From positions 34,846,001 through 34,910,000 of the forward strand of contig NC_045696.1 in the NCBI RefSeq assembly GCF_009834535.1: a stretch of DNA of 64,000 nt, given 5' to 3'. Position 1 is the stretch's first letter; every line of letters begins with the position of its first letter. Both the position numbers and the translations under genes were made by a program. Positions 1-13,430 of this stretch are shown piece after piece. Source of the DNA: Camelus ferus (Eukaryota). The notes beneath the pieces are model-generated. The model made no database searches, was not told the DNA's origin, and saw only the letters and a program-made list of their open reading frames with translations.

Positions 1-125
1 TAAAGTGCTGATTATGCCCAGAGAAGTTCTGATTTTACTAGCCTGAGGGGCTTGGGCACTGGTATTTTAAAAATATCTCCTTAGGTGACATTAATGGTGT
101 CGCCAGGGATTGGGACAACTGGTCT
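1..125. mobile_element. MER5-like hAT-Charlie DNA transposon remnant (partial)
   Basis: ccagagaagttctgattt...ggtattttaaaaatatctccttaggtgacattaatg...gggacaactggtcta resembles the MER5A/B terminal half. Confidence 0.6.
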
Positions 126-2017
126 ACTTTAGAACATCATAGACATCAAACTCACACTTAGTAGGTCCCACACTTGATCTAGGCATTTTCATTGGAATAC
201 ACCTCAATGTCTTTAACTAGTTGGGATGCTTTATTCACTTCCAAAAATATAGTTGTTTATTAATAAATGGTTAGCTTAATATTATATCCATTTATCTTAT
301 GTCTGGCTACCACTTATCAATAAGACTGAATGGCTAGTCTGTCTTGCCTCAACTGCCATTCTTCCCTTCCCATACCCAAGGCAGGTATTTCTAATAGTCC
401 TGGATTACCAGTTAGCCTAAATAAAGCATCACGATCTTTCTGAGTACAGCATTTAAGGTAGCCATGACTACAGGGTCAGAGTTGTCATGTGTTATGTAAT
501 CTATATACTGCTTCTGCACAAAAATTAAAGTATTAGACATTTCCTCAGAAAGGCATTTGAAATGAGATTTATAAAAGTTATGTGTTCACTGACTGCAGGA
601 TACATAATAAGCTATTTTTCATTATTTTATTATGAAACAAATGGGAATAAACATTCATAAAATTCTACAGCAAAAAATGTTTAACTATGAGGGCGACATA
701 AGGTAATTTAGAGAGAGAGGGAAATGCAGAATTCTGGAGAAACAAGGCCAATGTTTAAGTCATATTCAGTGTCCAGACTAAGGGTTGTGTTCTGGGGAAT
801 GTATGTTACTTGAGTTACGACATGTGAGTATATATGACAGTTAGGAAAGGATGATTTAAAAAGAATATAATATGACTTGGTAGGGGCCAGTGAAACAAAC
901 GTTTGCTTGGTTCAGTCTGAAATAATCTCTTGTTGATTTATATAAAATCCAACTTTTGTAGTAGGAGTTAGGGAAAGCACAAAAGTCGTATGCAAAACAT
1001 CTTACATAAAGACTGAAATATTTAAATAAAAATTACTATTAAAACTCCTATATTTAAACACTAGGAAATACATTTAAAGAGAGCACATGTAGAGGAAAGT
1101 TGTGCAGAGTCCATTTAGAACTTGTCACTTATTGTGCCCTTTTTTTTCTTGTCTCAGAAGATATCTTAGCTTTTTTTTTTTTTTTTTTCTCACTTTCTTC
1201 CTTAGGTCCATTTTGTTTTCATACTGTTCTTTATCTCTCCAAAATGTATATCCTTAATCAGTGAGATAAAGCATTTCTTATAATTATACCCAGAGTCGGT
1301 GTGTCCATGTCCTGGTCCCTTCTGCCAACATTGACGATACCTACGTATGTAAGGAAGCTCTCTATTAAGTTCATCTAATATTGCCATAATTTCACAAGGC
1401 AGCACTGGCTCCCAATGTAGTTAACAGTTTTCTTGCAACAGTTTCTTTTCAGTTTATATGACTTTATTTCATATTTTCAGTTCTTTAAAATTATTTTTAT
1501 TTTACAGAAAGACAGCACTTCCCTCCTTCTATCAAGAAACTGAACTCCACTAACAACATATCACAACTCTCAAAAACCATCTGGATTTGCCCTTAGCAGT
1601 GTCTTAAGCTTACTTAGAAGGACAACTTTCAACAGAAACTGTCCTAGAAACAATTTTATTCAAAGGGTATGTATACTTTTCTTGAAAAAAATGTAAATAT
1701 TATTTCAACAGCATTTAAAACATAGTTGTAACAGCAGAGCAGTACTAAGAATCTATGTGCTATTTAATTCCTCAATTAGCAAAATGTTATCTGACAGTTT
1801 ATGTGTCTCTGTATTCATTTTTAGAGCTTTTTCTTAATATTTCTTTCTCTGTTTGAAGTATATGTCTTTGTGTGTATGCTGCTTTTATTTATATGGCTCT
1901 TTATAGGTTAATTTCTGAAATATTTATAAGGACCTTTCTTTATGTCCATCTATTTGTATCTGTGTCTTTGACCTTCTGGATCCATCAGTGGTCAGAGTAC
2001 TCATTTCTCTCTCTCTC

Positions 2018-2540
2018 TTTTTTTTTTTTAATTGAAATATATTTGATTTACAATGTTGTGTTAGTTTCTGGTGTATAGCATAGTGATTCAATTATATATA
2101 ATTGAATATATATATATGTTCTTTTTAATTATAGTTTATTATAAGGTATTGAATATAGTTCCCAGTGCTGTACAATAGGTTCTTGTTGTTTATTTTACAT
2201 AAGCAGTTTGTGTCTGCTAATCCCAAACTCCTAATTTATCCCTCCCCTCTTCCCCCTTTGGCAATCATAAGTTTGTTTTCTATGTCTGTGAGTCTATTTC
2301 TATTTCGTAAATAAGGACATTTGTGTTACTCTTTTTAGATTCATGGATAGGTGATATCATATGATATTTGTCTATCTCTGTCCCACTTACTTCACTTAGT
2401 ATGATTATATGTCCATCCTTATTGCTGCAAATGATATTATTCCATTCCTTTTTATGGCTGAATAATATTCTACTGTGTATATATATATCATAACTTTCAT
2501 TTCTTTCTTTTTCTATACATTCATCTATTTGACATTCTTT
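2018..2540 (-). mobile_element. L1 3' end (artiodactyl-type), 5'-truncated
   Basis: Poly-T followed by attgaaatatatttgatttacaatgttgtgttagtttctggtgtatagcatagtgattca... The minus-strand ORF reads KKEWNNIICSNKDG...IILSEVSGTEIDKYHMISPI, like the L1 ORF2 C-terminus. Confidence 0.9.
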
Positions 2541-3371
2541 CATTCCCCTTTTCCATTTCATTATCATTTTTCTTTTTACTTTTCATTTATTGTATATATT
2601 TGTCTTATTGAAAAATCTTTTAATTTCTGTTCTCAAATCTAAGCATGGATGTCTTGGTTAGTTATCTTAAAAATAAACAGACACTCAGCCAATTTTCTGC
2701 TCCTCTCCCACAAGACAATGTCAATTTAGTTACCCTTTTCTTTGTGGCTTTAGTGAGATTTTTCTCATTCAGAAAGAAAATAAAGATCTTCTCTCATCTG
2801 TGACTTAGAAGCAGTCCTACAAAAACAAAACCAAACAAGACAAAATGAAAACAAAACCAAAATGTAAATACAGCCTTGGAATTAAACATTTAAAAATATT
2901 AGCTCACTTGTCATGTCAGAAGGAAAAAAGTAAATATCTTGCCAGGAAAATGCAGTTGTTAATCTGATGTAGATGCATTTTAGATTAAATTTGTATTTAC
3001 GTATCTAAGAAACAACAAATATTTGGTCCACTGTTGCTCCCTTATTTTCTTCTGTTACTGAATGAAAAGAGGCAAGAAAGCTACCCCACAGGCTGACAGT
3101 GCCTGGAGAATCTTGCAGGTCATGCATCTGAAGTTAGCATTTCTGACGTATGTTTCTTTCAAAGTATAGGCTTTGACAAACAATGTTTATGACAAATATT
3201 TTTCACTGGTAACATTTATAATGACTTGCATCCATTTGAAAATAAATTTGAGAACAAGTAACCAAACAATAAAAAACAACGCAACTGAAAATTCAATCTA
3301 TCTTTGAACCTCTGGGACAGAAATACAAATTTTAGGATTTCGTTTTAAACAGTAGAAGCAGAAAATCAGAC

Positions 3372-3455
3372 GGGTGGGTATAACTCAGTGGTAGAGGGCA
3401 TGCTTAGCATGCATGAAGTCCTGGGTTCCCCAGTACCTCCACTAAAAAAAAAAAA
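3372..3455 (+). mobile_element. tRNA-Ala-derived SINE (camelid Vic-1 type)
   Basis: gggtgggtataactcagtggtagagggcatgcttagcatgcatgaagtcctgggttccccagtacctcc plus an A tail. It has an A box and a degenerate B box. Confidence 0.85.
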
Positions 3456-4455
3456 GTTAAAAATTTTTCGAAAAATAAAGTAGATGATCAGTTTAGACAG
3501 TAAACACACTGGGGGGGGATCATGTTTGTCTGGTTTACTGCTTATTATCTGGTATCTAGAAATTATTGTCTTGAACTCAATTGAGTATAGGTGCTGAATA
3601 ATTATTTGTTGAACAAATTCAAACATTTGAAAAGCAATTTTGTCTTTGATCTTCGAGAGATCAACCATAAAAGAATCTTGAAATGGAGTAATTACCTAAA
3701 ACCTAATACTGTTGGTCAAAATAATTTTGGGTAGTATTTAATTTTCTATTTGGGGACCTTTATTGGTTTATTACAAAACTGCTCATGAATAAGAGGAAGC
3801 ACATGTAACTCTCTGTACCCTCACCTTTTCTGACAGAATGGTCTCAACCTTAATTTGGAAAATTCACATACATTTATTTTCATTCTCATAACAGGAGAAC
3901 AAAGTGCTTTAACAAATTACAAGATACCCTGGTGAGCAATGGTTCTTTGGCTCACCTCCTTATATTTATCCTTTACAGAAACAAATTCTATTGCTTTTTA
4001 AAATGTTTAATCTTTTCTTATAATATTTTTGTCTTATGATCATATTTTCTCTCTTGATTTCTTTCACACTAGAAATAGGAATGAGATTTCACACTAATGT
4101 TTGTATGACTTTTCTGAAAAAATGAATATTAAACAAGAAAATATTTATTTTGAGATAATCCACTTAACTTCTCATCCTCCCAACATGTGAAGAGGTTGGA
4201 TGAGTATCTGAGATTCTCTAGTGCTGATACATTCAGGTGTATGAATCATAGAACTCCAGTTTTTAGGGTTTTCTTGTTGTGTGTCATATCTAGATTTCTG
4301 GATTCCGGACTCAAGTTGAGCAATCCTAAGAAAACTGTTGATATATTGATAGATAGATCAACATCTTTATTCATTTATTCTTTTCATTCTTTGTCCCTAT
4401 GTAGTGGATATTGCAATACACACAAAAAATACAAGCATGAAAACATTAAGAATGT

Positions 4456-4586
4456 TTTTTGTTTTTATTTTGGGGGTAGGTAATTTGATTTGTTTGTTTG
4501 TTTATTTAACAGAAGTACTGGGGACTGAACCCAGGACCTTGTGCATGCAAGGCATGTACTCTGCCACTGAAGTATCCACTCCCTCC
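4456..4586 (-). mobile_element. tRNA-derived SINE (camelid Vic-1 type) with long 3' tail
   Basis: The reverse complement reads ggagggagtggatacttcagtggcagagtacatgccttgcatgcacaaggtcctgggttcagtccccagtacttc...aaacaaatcaaattacctaccccc + A-rich tail. Confidence 0.85.
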
Positions 4587-5984
4587 TTAAACATGAATAC
4601 ATGAATAATGTTTACACAGGCAGAATATACAAAGTGGTTCTTTATGTTAAGGATCAGGAGGAACAGAGACTGGTGGCTTCTCTTTAGTCTCTTCCCTGTT
4701 GTTTTGGCCTCTTTCATACAAGTTGTAATAAAGGAAGACTAAGGCTACAAGACGTTAGAGATTTCCTTTGCCTCATTGCATAGACTTGGGAAACTATGTG
4801 GCAGATCAGGGGATTTTGTTCGGCAGCAAGTAGATGACATGGACTCCAGCAGCAGGACAGATTCTACATACAGCACAGGAGAATACTGTTTTATAGATAA
4901 CAACCTCAGGCACCTAAGATCTCAGGCACCTAGCTCATCAGTGAAGGAAGGTAAATTCAGGACCATATAATTATTGGAACATGGCTTCCCTGATTTGATG
5001 TATGAAAAAGTAATGTTTGCCAGTTTACTAGTCATGCCTTCACAAATTATTTACTTCCAGCCACATCCTTTAACAGAAGCTTTTTCTGCATGTGAAAATC
5101 CTGTAACGTAAACTTAAAGAAGTATGGTGACGTAAAATTTAAAGAAAAAGTTCTATAAGAAATGGAGAATTAAAAAATGTTTCCAGCTTAAGGATTGAAC
5201 CTAAAGAGGTAGACAGTGCAGATTTGGGAGTTTCAAGTGCATGTTATATTTTAAATTTTAAAATACATCTAAAGGTAAAAACCGAAACTTCTTATGAAAA
5301 TGTGTATACATGCAGGCACATCACTAATGATTCATTTCAGAGAAGCTACTCTAGTTAGTTCCAAAGTTATCCTCCTAGTTTCATATATTAGGTAATTAAT
5401 TAAAAAATTATATACCATACAATCATAGTCAGAAGATTCACATTTTCTGGAGATTAGCAACAACTGCAGGATAACATATATGATAGAGTTGACTTATATT
5501 TAACAATGCTTATCAATGCTGTTTAAATCAGATGGAATCAGCTCTCCATGACACTTTAATGTTCTGAATAATCCATTCTTCTTCGTCTTTTTTGCCCAAG
5601 ATGGATTAAAAGCAAAGTAAGATATGCTCTTCTTTTTTCTCAAATGCTAAGACTGCCAAACCCAAAAGTAATAAAAATAAATGTAATCAGTGTTATACTC
5701 TGATCGTTTGAATTCTGATTTTAGATACTTATATCACCCATATTATGTCCTAAATATAAATTGAGATCAGCTTTATTCAGTTAACAATTTTCTTGTTTAT
5801 TTTATAATAATATACAAACTTGATTGTAGAAAATACTTTTTCTCTAAAATAACACTACTTGTAAGCAGTGTAAGTGACCAGACATAATTGAAGTTGTTTA
5901 ATTGCTACAAAACATCAGTGGTACTAGTGCCAGCAGTAGTACTACCCCTCGGAGGAGGAGGAGTAGGAATGTGATACACACTTG

Positions 5985-6145
5985 CATAACAATTTCAGTT
6001 TTGCAGCATATTGACATATTCCTTATTTAATTTAACATTCAAAACATTATATTATCTATATTTTACAGATGAGAGACACAAAGTGTTTGCTTTTCTACCA
6101 AGATTACTTGGTAGAACTCCAACCTAAGTTTCTGACCTCCAGACT
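5985..6145 (-). mobile_element. MIR SINE remnant
   Basis: The MIR core attttacagatgag is followed by ccaagattac...ggtagaactccaacctaagtttctgacctccag. Confidence 0.55.
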
Positions 6146-6644
6146 TGCCTTCCTTTTGTTCCACTACGTGTTGTTACCAGGGTGGTAGGCAGAATTTAAC
6201 AATTTTGACTTTTCCCAGTGAAGAAGCTGAAATCTTGAGAAATTAAGCAACACATTCACTGATCATTCAATTATTCTATACACACACTGTGTGGGAAATT
6301 TGCTAGCTGTTGCAAAAGAACCAAGAATATATGAGCTAAAGTTTTGTGATTAACATTCCAAATATTTTCACAAAACAAAGGGCCTACTTTTAAGTGAAAA
6401 CAATCTTTTCCTCAAAAAAAAAAAAACCACAAAAAGGAATTTCTAAAATGTTGTTTCTCAATATTTATGCAAAACTCTGAAAACCATGAATATTTAAAAA
6501 TTTGCTTATGCTGTTTTGAGTGAAGATCGATGTATATTTGTTAGACATTATTAATGTAATAGAAATTACCATAGTGGCCAGAGTTAAAAGAACATTTTAA
6601 GCATCTATGTCAAGTGTCTGTGTAAGTACTAGGAAGATTGAATG

Positions 6645-6800
6645 CTCTAGTTTTGCTGCTTAACATACGATCCAGGTACCAACAGCATCCGCAGCAGCTA
6701 AGAGCTAGATAACAATTCAGATTCTCAGGCCCTACTTCAGACTTACTGAATCTGTATTGGAACAAGATCACAAAGACATTCTTATGCCCTTTATGCACTA
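6645..6800. mobile_element. MER5A/B-like DNA transposon remnant
   Basis: cagcatc...agagctagataacaattcagattctcaggccctacttcagacttactgaatc...aacaagatc is a MER5 signature. Confidence 0.7.
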
Positions 6801-8289
6801 ATCCACATAGGTAAAGAGGGAATGAATCAAGGATTTATTGGAAATAGCATGGCACAAAACTACATTGGAAATTGAAAAAGCAAGTTTTGAGGGCTGAATA
6901 TGCAACTGCATAGCAGCAATAGGACATTTGGCCAAGAACATAATCAAATGAGACTTAGCAGCTTCACCTGTAAGATGATGTTGGGTTAAACTAGATGTTC
7001 CTAACTTGCTTCCATTTTCTTATCTGTATTAAAAAATATTGGTACATGATAGTTGAATAACAACATCTCCTGGAGATGTATAATACTTGTGCATATTTAC
7101 GTGATTTATAAAACAATTAGCTCCTTTGAAATCCTAAGTATAGTACAGCTTTAGTTCTCCTGGGTTAGGGCATCTGGTAGGGATTTAGCAAATACTGGCC
7201 CTGGATTTTAGATTTGGGGTTTCATTGATAACTACTACTTTTCATAATGTTTTATTTGCCTTCTTTGATTCCATGGGCCAATGGCTAATAACCAATGCCA
7301 GGGTTCTGTCCAAATATGGTTTTCAAGACTGGTCATTACCTAGAAAGCTTCCAGCACGAACCTTGGCACTTTGCTCATTCACATGTCCCTTAGCTTCTAC
7401 CTATCACACAATGTGTCAGGGCAATGAGAAAGGGTGATTTGCCTCTAGGCTCTGTCCTGAGACATGAATCTTCATACTGATGTGATTTACTTCCTTAGGC
7501 AGGCGGTGCTCAGCAGGACAGGTTTGAGGCATTCCTCAGGAGGCACCTGGGAAATTCCTGGGTGAGAGTCCCTTTCCCCACTTCACTGGATCTTCTCTTT
7601 CACAGTCTTATCTTCTACTGTGCTTTTTATCACTCTGACTTGGCTTACACTAACTTTCATATAGAGCAGAGAATTCATCATTTGCAAACTTCAAAATGAT
7701 CTGATATTCAGTCTAGCTAACTAGCTGGCTCTCTGAACAAGGCTATGTGCTCTATAACTTTCTGTTTTAAATGCAGCAGCTTGGGCTAAAGCTTGTCATT
7801 TTCTAGTCAGTCTTTATTGAAGGTTTCAAGAAATTCACTAAACTCTTTAGATCTTGATATTCTTCTAAATAGACCTCCTATCTGTTGCTTCATCTAAGAC
7901 TTTTTAAAAAAATAATAGGTGGCATTTTGGCATCTTAATTTGCTACTGCTTTACACACACAGCTAATTTTTCAACATAGGGTAGAGGGACTCTTCACTGC
8001 TCAGCACTGCACCAGATTCTAACTCATGTTAACTATTCTCATGAGAGGCTTGAGAGAATATTGTACCCACAGATTAGGAAAAAGCTGCCATGTATATGCA
8101 TACATATATACATATACACATGTGTGTATATATGCATATATGCATTTGTCTCTTATATAACAAGACAATGCTCTTAAAAATTATAAAGGCATTTGCTGAA
8201 GAGTCACATTCATTTAAAGGGCTGAATCTATTAGTCATCCAGAAGATAAACTGATAAATTTGAGAAAATTTACCAGCTTGTGGAGGAGG

Positions 8290-9130
8290 GACAAGATATA
8301 GAAAAGGAGAAAAAGTAAGAGAAATGGAGGCCAGACATAGAGGATCCAATATGAAGCTAGTAAGAATTTCAGAAGGAGAAAATAAAGTCAAGAGGAGAGT
8401 AAATATGAGACATTTTCCAATTTTTATAAAAGCAAATTTAACTCAAGGGAGCAACTCAAGAAACTGAGTAACAACATTGAATCAAAACGATGTGGGACAA
8501 AACCTCACACACATACAAAGTGTCATCCCCAACTCCACAGTTTAGCCACACAATAGTGGTGTTTCAGAACTCCAAGCATTGAAAGAAAATCCAAAAGCTT
8601 CTAGAAAAAAAAAGTGCTTTTCTTCATAACTATTGAAATGATTTTATTTAGAAGTCTATTTATACTTCATATCAGCAATACTAAATGATAGGAAATACTC
8701 AAGCCAGGACTTCAAAATTTTAGAAAAATTATTTGAAGATGCACAACAGAACAATTTGAGAAACATAAATAATTTGAATTCAGGAATTAGTGAAAGTTAT
8801 CCAGGAATATGATACATAAAATTTCAAGGTAACAGCAAATGCAGCAAACTTATAGGGAATTGGTCCAATTTAGAACATTAAATTTGAGGTTTTGAAGTAT
8901 AGTAGGTAATCTTTACGTAAGTTGTATGCATAGATCCTAGAAATTCTTAATAAGTTGTAGGCGTGTGTCTTCTGCTCATAAGAAAAAAAAAGAAAATCAA
9001 CCAATAAATTGGAAATTCAGTGAAAGATAAAGCTCTGAAGAAATGTTCCCAAAAAGAAGCAAGTAAATACATGATATGATTTTAGAAAAATACAGCAATT
9101 AATTATTGATTAGATGATTCAGGAGAGAGA
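8290..9130 (+). mobile_element. Ancient L1 ORF1-like / HAL1 remnant
   Basis: atggaggccagacatagaggatccaatatgaagctagtaagaatttcagaaggagaaaat translates MEARHRGSNMKLVRISEGEN, which resembles the L1 ORF1 RRxNIRIIGVPE motif. The strand is A-rich. Confidence 0.6.
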
Positions 9131-9807
9131 TGAATACTTACTTAACATAAAATATCTTTGGATTTATAATAGATAAAGGCTCTAACCATTTCCCCATAAT
9201 GTGGTGATGTCTTTTGTCTAAAAGTATTCTGTTTTTATAGGATATTTTAATTACATTACAACATTTATCTTTCAGCTCCTCTAACATTTTTGTATTTTTA
9301 TTAAAAATATTTGTTTAGACAATTGAAATGCCTTATAATTTTATGTCTTAACTATCTCATTTTTACACAAAAATTAAACCATGCTCATTTCCAAAGTATC
9401 AGTATGGAGTCCTAAAACTCACACTCCAGTGACCCCAACCATTTAATACTTTCACAATTTTTAGATTTAGAAGAAGGCTTTAAGAACGTATTTTTATTAC
9501 CAAGAAAAATATTTATCTAAGGTTTAGTAATTAATTTCATATTTCAGCTGATTTCTGTCTAACTCAAAATTAATTAAATTACATATATAATACATACACA
9601 CAGAAATAGAAAATATGAAACCTATCTGTCTTCCTATCATCTGTCTGAAATTTATTGCACAAAGAATTGAATAAAAATTTTCAAAATATATACAAGCTCA
9701 TTTGGGAAAACAACCAGTAATGTGAAAAATAAACTTCCTTGAAATCTTACCATTGAGGTAATTATGATTTAATTTTGCATGAATTTCCTTTGTACTACCA
9801 TGTAATC

Positions 9808-10543
9808 TGTTAGACAGGAAAACTGAACTCTCCAAGTTGAAGTTAGGGCAGCTTAAGACAGAGAAATGGAGCCTTAACCGAAGGAAAAATAGCCCCAAAT
9901 TCCCAAGTTTCTCCCAGGTGTCTTCTCTTAACCATTCCTTTCCTGAAGAGAACAGTCAGTTGGGGCTGCTCTGAAAAACTAGTCGTAATGCAAAGGCAGG
10001 TTACAAGTGGTGGATCTTTTGGGTAGTTAGGTAAGTGGGGGCACCAGGCAAATAGGTGGAGGAGAGGGAGGAAGGTCTGGAAGACAGTGTTATGCCCGCT
10101 ATAAAGGGGCTTTACTTCTTCTCAATGAATGTCAGCAAGAAACTGGTTAAAACCCGGCAGCCAAGACTGCCTGGTAGCAGAAAGGACTTAATGAGACATA
10201 ACCCAGTTTTCATTGTATTATAATTAACTCCCCCATGGGTTTTTCTGTATGTACTATGGTTAAGGACAAGCACAAAGAAGCCAAACATGACTAAGCGTTC
10301 CAGGAACGAGAGCCATCAATTAATCAAGAGACCACTTCTAAGTGAGGGTGTAAGAGACAAGGGGAGACAAAAACCTCTGCTTTTCTTTCCTTGCATCAGC
10401 CCGTCTCCCTTTCTTGGGGGTATACTTTTCTTTTTTTAAAATAAATCTTTTAAAATCTTTTGCTACACAACGCACCGTCTCCCGATTGTAAACTTGTCTT
10501 TCGGGTATGACAAGAATCGGGGTCTTTACCTTTTAGCGTAACA
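9808..10543 (+). mobile_element. Solo ERV LTR (736 bp, probably ERV1 class)
   Basis: Terminal inverted TGTTA (9808)...TAACA (10543), flanked by AATC/GATC (4-bp TSD, 1 mismatch). TATAAA is at 10100 and AATAAA at 10440, and CpG is higher than in the flanks. Confidence 0.8.
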
Positions 10544-11059
10544 GATCTCTACCCAAAGCCACTTTTACAGTTCCTTTAAGGCAGAGTTGCAGGGAAAGGG
10601 ACCTCTCACACAAGCGTCTGTCCGATGGGTTACAGGAGTTTAAAGATTCAAAACTAAGACAATCACTTTGACAATAGGTACTGATGCCCCTGCAATTACT
10701 GGAAGACTAAAAGCTTGCTAAGGTTTTCTGTGTTGCCAAAGAAACCTGGAGGCTGACTGATAATAGCCTCAGAAATTCAATCCCTAAGGCAAATTCTGTC
10801 CCCAACTCCACCAAAAACGCAAAGGGCTCTTAGAGCTCTTGAGTCCCATCTCAGATGTGCCCTTAGAGATCAGGGCATGTGGAGGTTAATGGGTAGGAGA
10901 GTTCACCTCAAAACTCAGAATTTCAAGTAGCTTCTACTGTTTGCCTACAGAATCCGTTCCACCCTACTTCCCACTTCCAAAATGGTTATTGTTGAATGTT
11001 CCCAGTATTGTCAAAATATCCATCCCTTCTCTGTCCAGTGTGCCAAGTGCCACAATTGA

Positions 11060-11528
11060 TTTTATTCTCAACATTAGGGGCTGAAAGTTGAATAGACAAG
11101 CCTGTTTTGGTAATCCCAGCTCTCTGGACAAAAATTCACATAGGAGTGGGCAAGCGATCTGATTCTGGCCAGTAAGATGTGAGGCAAAGTTCATCAGTGG
11201 GCTTCTGGGAAGAATTTAATGATTTTTAAGAAAGAGACACAGGGGGAAAATGGTCTCTTAACTGTCTCTGAATGTTTCCATGTATGTCTGGATGAGATGC
11301 TAAAAATATATGATATAAAATCACCTGGCTACCAGACTGAGGATAAACAAATACAAGGAGGAAGGCAAAGCCAAATCAGAGGTTTACAGAGAAGTAGATT
11401 CAGAGGTTACTTCACTCAGAATCCACTACCTCTCTGGATTTAATGCTTTATGAAATATTTCCTCATTGTTAACCAGGCAAGTTGGATTTTCCATTACTTG
11501 CAACCCTTAGAAATATCCTAAATAAACA
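11060..11528 (+). mobile_element. MaLR LTR (MLT1J/K-like)
   Basis: ttctggccagtaagatgtgaggcaaagtt...gggcttctgggaag, with the end ccattacttgcaaccc...tcctaaataaaca typical of MLT1. Confidence 0.7.
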
Positions 11529-12302
11529 TGCTCAAGGCACATACAGTACTATATAGATAGCCCAAACTTCATTATCACATGGTAGGGATTTGTAGTAACT
11601 TAATGTGGAAATTCTCTTCACCAAAGGGTTAAATGAGAAAATCCAGTTTTTATAAACTGTTAGGTCTGAATCAGCAGAATGCTGTGCAACTTATAATTGG
11701 TGAACTTTTTGAGTCGTTTTACTGTACAATTATGTATGTATCAGAGAAAGTGTGAAAGGGAGAGAAAAAAGAGAAGAAGAAAATTGAAAAAGGGTATAAA
11801 TGAGGTTTTTTTTTTCTCTTTCTTAAAAAGCATCTTTGATCCTAAAAGGCACTTCTGGCCACATTCTGTAGTCAAACTGATGGTTGAGTTATATCATGCT
11901 AACAGGATAGATTTTTCATTAAATATAATCTGTTCATGAAATTTAAACAAAATCTAAATTTAATTATAAAATACAAAAGTGTACAAACTTTTAAAAGAAA
12001 AGAAATACACATAAGTTCATAATTAAAATAATTAAAACAGTATTGGGTATCTGAAGCTGATGAGCTGTATCTCCTGCAAACACTATCTGATTATTCAGGA
12101 AGAAGGAAAATCCTCATTTGGTCCTGACAGCGCATGGAATTTTGGTGGGTCAGTAAGTTTGCTGGATAGTTGCCTATTGCACGGCAACAAGAAAAACAAA
12201 ACAGAACAAAACTAGAATTCATGGCATACTATTGTTATACTGAAAATCTTTACTTCATAAAATGTTCAGTACTTAAAATTTTGGGACAAATCTGTTTGTA
12301 AT

Positions 12303-12323
12303 TGTGTGTGTGTGTGTATGTGT
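12303..12323. repeat. (TG)n microsatellite
   Basis: tgtgtgtgtgtgtgtatgtgt seen directly. Confidence 0.9.
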
Positions 12324-13199
12324 ATTTATAACATTTTAAACAGAAAAGTGGGAGTAACAACGTCTTCCAGTCAAAATTTGTATTGTTTTTCAGAGGAAAA
12401 ATTTACTCTGAGTTGGAATGAAGTCCCATATGCTTGAAAGTAAAACTTGAACTGGTCTTTATTTATTTAAAATCTACTGCTTAAGTCAATAAATGTACTA
12501 TTAATTAGAGTGAAAAATGATCAGTGCCTTTTCATTACCAGGCCATAACCACTCTCTTTTAAAATTTTAAGTAAATACCAAGTTTAGTTTTTTCACAATC
12601 ATTTAACTTTCCATTTTTCCATATGGAGTCCAAGTAACATCATGCTAATGATGCTTGCATCTCTGCCTGCTATCTATCTCTTCTAAGCTCACAGCCTGCT
12701 TTGAGGGTACCTAGGAATCTATCTTATTGGAGGGCCATTAACAGAGGACAAAATCAAATTCCATTAATGGTCGTGCTCAATTAGTGGCATATGTTTCAGA
12801 ATTCATGGCATACTGCCCTCGGTTGAATGGAAGTCACTATATTTCAAGTTTGATTGGAGTTTAGCAGGAACTAGAAAATTTTGCAATGCCTTCATGACAA
12901 TGGGCCAAAAAGGGATTCTTTAATCATAGTATTATTACAAAACTATTCTTAAACACTTTCAATCTGATCTCATATTGTATACATACTATACATTATATTA
13001 GAAGAAAGTATAAATTAACAATTTTTTTGTAAATCAAAATAATTTCCTAATATTCAAAGTTCTAAAATGTTTTAAGAATCCTGGCATAAAAACAAAATCA
13101 AATTCAATGACTATTATCAAGGGCTGCTTTATTATTCATCTGTCTCAGACTGGTCTTAACAATGGGCTGCCACTCTACTTACTTCCTTCATAATACCAA

Positions 13200-13430
13200 T
13201 TTCAATAGTATTTCACATTGACTGAATCCTTACTATTTTCTAGGCCTTGAGCCAAATATGTTGTCCGATTTCATTTATCCTCAAAATAATGAGTTCCCTA
13301 TTAATCCTTCCTAAATTACAAAGGAAGGATCTGGAAAAAAATTTATAAAGGCTAAGAAAATTGTTGAAAACACTCAGTAAATGGCAGAAACCATTTTCAA
13401 ACCCAGATCTGATTGATTTCCTGATCCATG
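13200..13430 (-). mobile_element. MIR SINE remnant
   Basis: acattgactgaatccttactattttctaggcc...tcatttatcctcaaaataat...agtaaatggcagaacc...ttcaaacccagatctg. Confidence 0.6.

Noticed and set aside
1202..1405. 67-aa minus-strand ORF with protein-like composition
   Set aside because: It has a non-ATG start, no recognisable homology, and a length expected by chance.
3372..3455. tRNA-Ala gene-like sequences (also 4510-4586 and 29876-29948)
   Set aside because: They have degenerate stems, A-rich tails and in one case a TSD, so they are SINE copies rather than tRNA genes.
4897..4950. 54-nt AG...GT exon-like unit with duplicated CTCAGGCACCTA
   Set aside because: The polypyrimidine tract is weak and the unit looks MIR-derived with a local slippage duplication.
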